Assembly (NCBI GenBank): GCA_964016885.1
Contig: OZ024740.1
Location: 342,426,001-342,490,000 of the forward strand
DNA from: Eledone cirrhosa
Taxonomy: Eukaryota
DNA length: 64,000 nt
Direction: 5' to 3'
The position numbers were made by a program, and so were the translations under genes. Below the pieces are notes generated by a model, which was not told the origin of the DNA, made no database searches, and saw nothing but the letters and a program-made list of their open reading frames with translations. Of the stretch, positions 53,795 through 64,000 are shown piece after piece; positions within the stretch are counted from its first letter, which is position 1, and each line of letters begins with the position of its first letter.

Positions 53795-56700
53795 TTACTT
53801 GGTTCTCTATCTTGTCTGTAGTACCCTTCTCCTATAACCTGGTTCTCTATCTTGCTTGTAGTCTCCTTCTCCTATAACTTGGTTCTCTATCTTGCTTATA
53901 GTCCCCTACTCCTATAACTTGGTTGTGTATCTTGCCTGTAGACCCCTTCTCCTATAACCTGGTTCTCTATCTTGCTTGTAGTCCCCTTCTCCTATAACTT
54001 GGTTCTCTATCTTGCTTGTAGTCCCCTTCTCCTATAACTTGGTTCTGTATCTTGCCTGTAGACACCTTCTCCTATAACTTGGTTCTGTATCTTGCCTGTA
54101 GACCCCTTCTCCTATAACTTGGTTCGCTATCTTACCTGTAGTCCCCTTCTCCTATAACTTCCTTCTGTATCTTGCCTGTAGTACCCTTCTCCTATAACTT
54201 GGTTCTCTATCTTGCCTGTAGTCCCCTTCTCCAATAACTTGGTTCTCTATCTTACCTGTAGTACCCTTCTCCTATAACTTGGTTCTCCATCTTGCCTGTA
54301 GTCCCCTTCTCCAATAACTTGGTTCTCTATCTTGCCTGTAGTACCCTTCTCCTATAACTTGGTTCTCTATCTTGCCTGTAGTACCCCTCTCCTATAACTT
54401 GGTTCTCTATCTTGCCTGTAGTACCATTCTCCTATAACTTGGTTCTCTATCTTGCCTGTAGTCCCCTTCTCCTATAACTTGGTTCTGTATTTTGCCTGTA
54501 GTCCCCTTCTCCTATAACTTGGTTCTCTATCTTGCCTGTAGTACTCTTCTCCTATAACTTGGTTCTCTATCTTGCCTGTAGTACTCTTCTCCTATAACTT
54601 AGTTCTCTATCTTGCCTGCAGTCCCCTTCTCCTATAACCTGGTTCCCTATCTTGCCTGTAGTACCCTTCTCCTATAAATTGGTTCTCTATCTTGCCTGTA
54701 GTCCCCTTCTCCTATAACTTGGTTCTCTATCTTGCCTGTAGTCCCCTTCTCCTATAACTTGGTTCACTATCTTGCCTGTAGTCCCCTTCTCCTATAAATT
54801 GGTTCTCTATCTTACCTGTAGTACCCTTCTCCTATAAATTGGTTCTCTATCTTGCCTGTAGTGTCCTTCTCCTATAACTTGGTTCTCTATCTTGCCTGTA
54901 GTACCCTTCTCCTATAACTTGGTTCTCTATCTTGCCTGTAGACCCCTTCTCCTATAACCTGGTTCTCTATCTTGCTTGTAGTCCCCTTCTCCTATAACTT
55001 GGTTCTCTATCTTGCTTGTAGTCCCCTTCTCCTATAACTTGGTTCTGTATCTTGCCTGTAGACCCCTTCTCCTATAACTTGGTTCTCTATCTTGCCTGTA
55101 GTCCCCTTCTCCTATAACTTCCTTCTGTATCTTGCCTGTAGTACCCTTCTTCTATAACTTGGTTCTCTATCTTGCCTGTAGTCCCCTTCTCCAATAACTT
55201 GGTTCTCTATCTTGCCTGTAGTACCCTTCTCCTATAACTTGGTTCTCCATCTTGCCTGTAGTCCCCTTCTCCAATAACTTGGTTCTCTATCTTGCCTGTA
55301 GTACCATTCTCCTATAACTTGGTTCTCTATCTTGCCTGTAGTACCCCTCTCCTATAACTTGGTTCTCTATCTTGCCTGTAGTACCATTCTCCTATAACTT
55401 GGTTCTCTATCTTGCCTGTAGTCCCCTTCTCCTATAACTTGGTTCTGTATTTTGCCTGTAGTCCCCTTCTCCTATAACTTGGTTCTCTATCTTGCCTGTA
55501 GTACTCTTCTCCTATAACTTGGTTCTCTATCTTGCCTGCAGTCCCCTTCTCCTATAACCTGGTTCTCTATCTTGCCTGTAGTACCCTTCTCCTATAACTT
55601 GGTTCTCTATCTTGCCTGTAGTCCCCTTCTCCTATAACTTGGTTCACTATCTTGCCTGTAGTCCCCTTCTCCTATAAATTGGTTCTCTATCTTACCTGTA
55701 GTACCCTTCTTCTATAACTTGGTTCTCTATCTTGCCTGTAGTGTCCTTCTCCTATAACTTGGTTCTCTATCTTGCCTGTAGTACCCTTCTCCTATAACTT
55801 GGTTCTCTATCTTGCCTGTAGTCCCCTTCTCCTATAACTTGGTTCTCCATCTTGCCTGTAGTACCCTTCTCCTATAACATGGTTCTCTATTTTGCCTGTA
55901 GTCCCCTTCTCCTATAACTTGGTTCTCTATCTTGCCTGTAGTCCCCTTCTCCTATAACTTGGTTCTCTATCTTGCCTGTAGTACCCTGCTCCTATAACTT
56001 GGTTCTCTATCTTGCCTGTAGTACCCTCCTCCTATAACTTGGTTCTCTATCTTGCCTGTAGTACCCTTCTCCTATAACTTGGTTCTCTATCTTGCCTGTA
56101 GTCCCCTTCTCCAATAACTTGGTTCTCTATCTTGCCTGTAGTACCCTTCTCCTATAACTTGGTTCTCCATCTTGCCAGTAGACCCCTTCTCCAATAACTT
56201 GGTTCTCTATCTTGCCTGTAGTACCATTCTCCTATAACTTGGTTCTCTATCTTGCCTGTAGTACCCCTCTCCTATAACTTGGTTCTCTATCTTGCCTGTA
56301 GTACCATTCTCCTATGACTTGGTTCTCTATCTTGCCTGTAGTCCCCTTCTCCTATAACTTGGTTCTGTATTTTGCCTGTAGTCCCCTTCTCCTATAACTT
56401 GGTTCTCTATCTTGCCTGTAGTACTCTTCTCCTATAACTTGGTTCTCTATCTTGCCTGTAGTACTCTTCTCCTATAACTTAGTTCTCTATCTTGCCTGCA
56501 GTCCCCTTCTCCTATAACCTGGTTCTCTATCTTGCCTGTAGTACCCTTCTCCTATAAATTGGTTCTCTATCTTGCCTGTAGTCCCCTTCTCCTATAACTT
56601 GGTTCTCTATCTTGCCTGTAGTCCCCTTCTCCTATAACTTGGTTCACTATCTTGCCTGTAGTCCCCTTCTCCTATAACTTGGTTCTCTATCTTGCCTGTA

Positions 56701-59700
56701 GTGTCCTTCTCCTATAACTTGGTTCTCTATCTTGCCTGTAGTACCCATCTCCTATAACTTGGTTCTCTATCTTGCCTGTAGACCCCTTCTCCTATAACCT
56801 GGTTCTATATCTTGCTTGTAGTCCCCTTCTCCTATAACTTGGTTCTCTATCTTGCTTGTAGTCCCCTTCTCCTATAACTTGGTTCTGTATCTTGCCTGTA
56901 GACCCCTTCTCCTATAACTTGGTTCTCTATTTTGCCTGTAGTCCCCTTCTCCTATAACTGGGTTCTCTATCTTGCCTGTAGTACCCTTCTCCTATAACTT
57001 GGTTCTCTATCTTGCCTGTAGTACCCTTCTGCTATAACCTGGTTCTCTATCTTGCCTGTAGTACCCTTCTCCTATAACTTGGTTCTCTATCTTGCCTGTA
57101 GTCCCCTTCTTCTATAACTTTGTTCTCTATCTTGCTTGTAGTACCCTTCTCCTATAACTTGGTTCCCTATCTTGCCTGTAGTACCCTTCTCCTATAAATT
57201 GGTTCTCTTTCTTACCTGTAGTACCCGTCTCCTATAACTTGGTTCTCTATCTTGCCTGTAGTGTCCTTCTCCTATAACATGGTTCTCTATCTTGCCTGTA
57301 GTCCCCTTCTCCTATAACTTGGTTCTGTATTTTGTCTGTAGTCCCCTTCTCCTATAACTTGGTTCTCTATCTTACCTGTAGTCCACTTCTCCTATAACTT
57401 GGTTCTCTATCTTGCCTGTAGTGTCCTTCTCCTATAACTTGGTTCTCTATCTTGCCTGTAGTACCCTTCTCCTATAACTTGGTTCTCTATCTTGGCTGTA
57501 GTCCCCTTCTCCTATAACTTGGTTCTCCATCTTGCCTGTAGTACCCTTCTCCTATAACATGGTTCTGTATTTTGCCTGTAGTCCCCTTCTCCTATAACTT
57601 GGTTCTCTATCTTCCCTGTAGTCCCCTTCTCCTATAACTTGGTTCTCTATCTTGCCTGTAGTACCCTGCTCCTATAACTTGGTTCTCTATCTTGCCTGTA
57701 GTACCCTCCTCCTATAACTTGGTTCTCTATCTTGCCTGTAGTACCATTCTCCTATAACTTGGTTCTCTATCTTGCCTGTAGTACCCCTCTCCTATAACTT
57801 GGTTCTCTATCTTGCCTGTAGTACCATTCTCCTATAACTTGGTTCTCTATCTTGCCTGTAGTCCCCTTCTCCTATAACTTGGTTCTGTATTTTGCCTGTA
57901 GTACCCTTCTCCTATAACTTGGTTCTCTATCTTGCCTGTAGTACTCTTCTCCTATAACTTGGTTCTCTATCTTGCCTGTAGTACTCTTCTCCTATAACTT
58001 AGTTCTCTATCTTGCCTGCAGTCCCCTTCTCCTATAACCTGGTTCTCTATCTTGCCTGTAGTACCCTTCTCCTATAAATTGGTTCACTATCTTGCCTGTA
58101 GTCCCCTTCTCCTATAACTTGGTTCTCTATCTTGCCTGTAGACCCCTTCTCCTATAACCTGGTTCTCTATCTTGCTTGTAGTCCCCTTCTCCTATAACTT
58201 GGTTCTCTATCTTGCCTGTAGACCCCTTCTCCTATAACTTGGTTCTGTATCTTGCCTGTAGACCCCTTCTCCTATAACTTGGTTCTCTATCTTACCTGTA
58301 GTCCCCTTGTCCTATAACTTCCTTCTGTATCTTGCCTGTAGTACCCTTCTTCTATAACTTGGTTCTCTATATTGCCTGTAGTCCCCTTCTCCAATAACTT
58401 GGTTCTCTATCTTGCCTGTAGTCCCCTTCTCCAATAACTTGGTTCTCTATCTTGCCTGTAGTACCCTTCTCCTATAACTTGGTTCTCTATCTTGCCTGTA
58501 GTACCCTTCTCCTATAACTTGGTTCTCTATCTTGCCTGTAGTCCCCTTCTCCTATAACTTGGTTCTCTATCTTGCCTGTAGTACCCTTTTCCTATAACTT
58601 GGTTCTCTATCTTGCCTGTAGTACCCTTCTCCTATAACTTGGTTCTCTATCTTGCCTCTAGTACCCTTCTCCTATAACTTGGTTCTCTATCTTGCCTGTA
58701 GTCCCCTTCTCCTATAACTTGGTTCTCTATCTTGCCTGTAGTCCCCTTCTCCTATAACTTGGTTCTTTATCTTGCCTGTAGTCCCCTTCTCCAATAACTT
58801 CGTTCTCTATCTTGCCTGTAGTACCCTTCCCGTATAACTTGGTTCTCTATCTTGCCTGTAGTACACTTCTCCTATAACTTGGTTCTCTATCTTGCCTGTA
58901 GTACCCTTCTCCTATAACTTGGTTCTCTATCTTGCCTGTAGTACCCTTCTCCTATAACTTGGTTCTCTATCTTGCCTGTAGTACCCTTCTCCTATAACTT
59001 GGTTCTCTATCTTGCCTGTAGTACCCTTCTCCTATAACTTGGTTCTCTATCTTGCCTGTAGTATCCTTCTCCTATAACTTGGTTCTCTATCTTGCCTGTA
59101 GTCCCCTTCTCCTATAACTTGGTTCTCTATCTTGCCTGTAGTACCCGCTCTCCTATATCTTGGTTCTCTATCTTGCCTGTAGTACTCTTCTCCTATAACT
59201 CGGTTCTCTATTTTGTCTGTAGTCCCCTTCTCCTATAACTTGGTTCTCTATCTTGCCTGTAGTCCCCTTCTCCTATAACTTGGTTCTCTATCTTGCCTGT
59301 AGTACCCTTCTCCTATAACTTCGTTCTCTATCTTGCCTGTAGTCCCCTTCTCCTATAACTTGGTTCTCTATTTTGCCTGTAGTACCCTTCTCCTATAACT
59401 TAGTTCTCTATCTTGCCTGTAGTCCCCTTCTCCTATAATTTCGTTCTCTATCTTGCTTGTAGTCCCCTTCTCCTATAACTTGGTTCTCTATCTTGCCTGT
59501 AGTCCCCTTCTCCTATAACTGGGTTCTCTATCTTGCCTGTAGTACCCTTCTCCTATAACTTGGTTCTCTATCTTGCCTGTAGTACCCTTCTGCTATAACC
59601 TGGTTCTCTATCTTGCCTGTAGTACCCTTCTCCTATAACTTGGTTCTCTATCTTGCCTGTAGTCCCCTTCTCCTATAACTTGGTTCTCTATCTTGCCTGT

Positions 59701-62700
59701 AGTACCCTTCTCCTATAACTTGGTTCTCTATCTTGCCTGTAGTCCCCTTCTTCTATAACTTGGTTCTCTATCTTGCTTGTAGTACCCTTCTCCTATATCT
59801 TGGTTCCCTATCTTGCCTGTAGTACCCTTCTCCTATAAATTGGTTCTCTTTCTTACCTGTAGTACCCGTCTCCTATAACTTGGTTCTCTATCTTGCCTGT
59901 AGTGTCCTTCTCCTATAACATGGTTCTCTATCTTGCCTGTAGTCCCCTTCTCCTATAACTTGGTTCTGTATTTTGTCTGTAGTCCCCTTCTCCTATAACT
60001 TGGTTCTCTATCTTACCTGTAGTCCCCTTCTCCTATAACTTGGTTCTCTATCTTGCCTGTAGTCCCCTTCTCCTATAACTTGGTTCTCTATCTTGCCTGT
60101 AGTCCCCTTCTCCTATAACTTGGTTCTCTATCTTACCTGTAGTACCCTTCTCCTATAACTTGGTTCTCTATCTTGCCTGTACTCCCCTTCTCCTATAACT
60201 TGGTTCTCTATCTTGCCTGTAGTCCCCTTCTCCTATAACTTGGTTCTCTATCTTGCCTGTAGTACCCTTCTCCTATAACTTGGTTCTCTATCTTGCCTGT
60301 AGTACCCTTCTCCTATAACTTGGTTCTCTATCTTGCCTGTAGTACCCTTCTCCTATAACTTGGTTCTCTATCTTGCCTGTAGTACCCTTCTCCTATAACT
60401 TGGTTCTCTATCTTGCCTGTAGTACTCTTCTCCTATAACTTGGTTCTCTATCTTGCCTGTAGTACTCTTCTCCTATAACTTAGATCTCTATCTTGCCTGC
60501 AGTCCCCTTCTCCTATAACCTGGTTCCCTATCTTGCCTGTAGTACCCTTCTCCTATAAATTGGTTCTCTATCTTGCCTGTAGTCCCCTTCTCCTATAACT
60601 TGGTTCTCTATCTTGCCTGTAGTCCCCTTCTCCTATAACTTGGTTCACTATCTTGCCTGTAGTCCCCTTCTCCTATAAATTGGTTCTCTATCTTACCTGT
60701 AGTACCCTTCTCCTATAACTTGGTTCTCTATCTTGCCTGTAGTGTCCTTCTCCTATAACTTGGTTCTCTATCTTGACTGTAGTACCCTTCTCCTATAACT
60801 TGGTTCTCTATCTTGCCTGTAGACCCCTTCTCCTATAACCTGGTTCTCTATCTTGCTTGTAGTCCCCTTCTCCTATAACTTGGTTCTCTATCTTGCTTGT
60901 AGTCCCCTTCTCCTATAACTTGGTTCTGTATCTTGCCTGTAGATCCCTTCTCCTATAACTTGGTTCTGTATCTTGCCTGTAGACCCCTTCTCCTATAACT
61001 TGGTTCTCTATCTTACCTGTAGTCCCCTTCTCCTATAACTTCCTTCTGTATCTTGCCTGTAGTACCCTTCTTCTATAACTTGGTTCTCTATCTTACCTGT
61101 AGTCCCCTTCTCCAATAACTTGGTTCTCTATCTTGCCTGTAGTACCCTTCTCCTATAACTTGGTTCTCCATCTTGCCTGTAGTCCCCTTCTCCAATAACT
61201 TGGTTCTCTATCTTGCCTGTAGTACCATTCTCCTATAACTTGGTTCTCTATCTTGCCTGTAGTACCCCTCTCCTATAACTTGGTTCTCTATCTTGCCTGT
61301 AGTACCATTCTCCTATAACTTGGTTCTCTATCTTGCCTGTAGTCCCCTTCTCCTATAACTTGGTTCTGTACTTTGCCTGTAGTCCCCTTCTCCTATAACT
61401 TGGTTCTGTATCTTGCCTGTAGACCCCTTCTCCTATAACTTGGTTCTCTATCTTACCTGTAGTCCCCTTCTCCTATAACTTCCTTCTGTATCTTGCCTGT
61501 AGTACCCCTCTCCTATAACTTGGTTCTCTATCTTGCCTGTAGTACTCTTCTCCTATAACTTGGCTCTCTATCTTGCCTGTAGTACTCTTCTCCTATAACT
61601 TGGTTCTCTATCTTGCCTGCAGTCCCCTTCTCCTATAACCTGGTTCTCTATCTTGCCTGTAGTACCCTTCTCCTATAACTTGGTTCTCTATCTTGCCTGT
61701 AGTCCCCTTCTCCTATAACTTGGTTCACTATCTTGCCTGTAGTCCCCTTCTCCTATAAATAGGTTCTCTCTCTTACCTGTAGTACCCTTCTCCTATAACT
61801 TGGTTCTCTATCTTGCCTGTAGTGTCCTTCTCCTATAACTTGGTTCTCTATCTTGCCTGTAGTACCCTTCTCCTATAACTTGGTTCTCTATCTTGCCTGT
61901 AGTCCCCTTCTCCTATAACTTGGTTCTCTATCTTGCCTGTAGTACCCTTCTCCTATAACATGGTTCTCTATTTTGCCTGTAGTCCCCTTCTCCTATAACT
62001 TGGTTCTGTATCTTGCCTTTAGACCCCTTCTCCTATAACTTGGTTCTGTATCTTGCCTGTAGACCCCTTCTCCTATAACTTGGTTCTCTATCTTACCTGT
62101 AGTCCCCTTCTCCTATAACTTCCTTCTGTATCTTGCCTGTAGTACCCTTCTCATATAACTTGGTTCTCTATCTTGCCTGTAGTACCCTCCTCCTATAACT
62201 TGGTTCTCTATCTTGCCTGTAGTACCCTTCTCCTATAACTTGGTTCTCTATCTTGCCTGTAGTCCCCTTCTCCAATAACTTGGTTCTCTATCTTGCCTGT
62301 AGTACCCTTCTCCTATAACTTGGTTCTCCATCTTGCCTGTAGTCCCCTTCTCCAATAACTTGGTTCTCTATCTTGCCTGTAGTACCATTCTCCTATAACT
62401 TGGTTCTCTATCTTGCCTGTAGTACCCCTCTCCTATAACTTGGTTCTCTATCTTGCCTGTAGTACCATTCTCCTATAACTTGGTTCTCTATCTTGCCTGT
62501 AGTCCCCTTCTCCTATAACTTGGTTCTGTATTTTGCCTGTAGTCCCCTTCTCCTATAACTTGGTTCTCTATCTTGCCTGTAGTACTCTTCTCCTATAACT
62601 TAGTTCTCTATCTTGCCTGCAGTCCCCTTCTCCTATAACCTGGTTCTCTATCTTGCCTGTAGTCCCCGTCTCCTATAACTTGGTTCACTATCTTGCCTGT

Positions 62701-64000
62701 AGTCCCCTTCTCCTATAACTTGGTTCTCTATCTTGCCTGTAGACCCCTTCTCCTATAAACTGGTTCTCTATCTTGCTTGTAGTCCCCTTCTCCTATAACT
62801 TGGTTCTCTATCTTGCTTGTAGTCCCCTTCTCCTATAACTTGGTTCTGTATCTTGCCTGTAGTCCCCTTCTCCTATAACTTGGTTCTGTATCTTGCCTGT
62901 AGACCCCTTCTCCTATAACTTGGTTCTCTATCTTACCTGTAGTCCCCTTCTCCTATAACTTCCTTCTGTATCTTGCCTGTAGTACCCTTCTTCTATAACT
63001 TGGTTCTCTATCTTGCCTGTAGTCCCCTTCTCCAATAACTTGGTTCTCTATCTTGCCTGTAGTCCCCTTCTCCAATAACTTGGTTCTCTATCTTGCCTGT
63101 AGTACCCTTCTCCTATAACTTGGTTCTCTATCTTGCCTGTAGTACGCTTCTCCTATAACTTGGTTCTCTATCTTGCCTGTAGTCCCCTTCTCCTATAACT
63201 TGGTTCTCTATCTTGCCTGTAGTACCCTTCTCCTATAAATTGGTTCTCTATCTTGCCTGTAGTCCCCTTCTCCTATAACTTGGTTCTCTATCTTGCCTGT
63301 AGTCCCCTTCTCCTATAACTTGGTTCACTATCTTGCCTGTAGTCCCCTTCTCCTATAAATTGGTTCTCTATCTTACCTGTAGTACCCTTCTCCTATAACT
63401 TGGTTCTCTATCTTGCCTGTAGTGTCCTCCTCCTATAACTTGGTTCTCTATCTTGACTGTAGTACCCTTCTCCTATAACTTGGTTCTCTATCTTGCCTGT
63501 AGACCCCTTCTCCTATAACCTGGTTCTCTATCTTGCTTGTAGTCCCCTTCTCCTATAACTTGGTTCTGTATCTTGCCTGTAGACCCCTTCTCCTATAACT
63601 TGGTTCTGTATCTTGCCTGTAGACCCCTTCTCCTATAACTTGGTTCTCTATCTTACCTGTAGTCCCCTTCTCCTATAACTTCCTTCTGTATCTTGCCTGT
63701 AGTACCCTTCTTCTATAACTTGGTTCTCTATCTTGCCTGTAGTCCCCTTCTCCAATAACTTGGTTCTCTATCTTGCCTGTAGTACCCTTCTCCTATAACT
63801 TGGTTCTCCATCTTGCCTGTAGTCCCCTTCTCCAATAACTTGGTTCTCTATCTTGCCTGTAGTACCATTCTCCTATAACTTGGTTCTCTATCTTGCCTGT
63901 AGTACCCCTCTCCTATAACTTGGTTCTCTATCTTGCCTGTAGTACCATTCTCCTATAACTTGGTTCTCTATCTTGCCTGTAGTCCCCTTCTCCTATAACT
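53795..64000. repeat. 40-bp satellite, about 255 copies, running off the window end
   Basis: Consensus ggttctctatcttgcctgtagt(c/a)cccttctcctataactt; one 1-bp register shift near 59148. Confidence 0.99.

Noticed and set aside
53795-64000. CRISPR array
   Set aside because: Contiguous 40-bp monomers with no unique spacers, no cas genes, and a eukaryotic context.

Overview
Eukaryotic, AT-rich, microsatellite-dense genomic DNA; the repeat content suggests an invertebrate, probably a cephalopod such as octopus (inference, not checked). Eleven plus-strand GT-AG exons between 2112 and 43134 splice in frame into the middle of an SVEP1/polydom-like extracellular protein: HYR, sushi, furin-site linker, 3 ephrin-receptor-like Cys repeats, 6 EGF, start of pentraxin. 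The introns are packed with RTE LINEs carrying a PHD finger inside the RT region, CR1-like, L1/Tx1-like and RLE-LINE fragments, tRNA-SINEs, MITEs, mariner and Helitron remnants. They also hold three Penelope-like elements (RT and/or GIY-YIG) with inverted terminal arms. The last ~10 kb is a 40-bp satellite with eroded higher-order structure. The most striking signal is a dense set of minimal type-I hammerhead ribozyme motifs at about 10 loci. They occur both in Penelope arms and in small ORF-less palindromic or direct-repeat elements beside (TA)n tracts. They include a U3-A8 covariant core whose intact consensus can be rebuilt from two inverted copies. All calls were made by eye, with no database searches.
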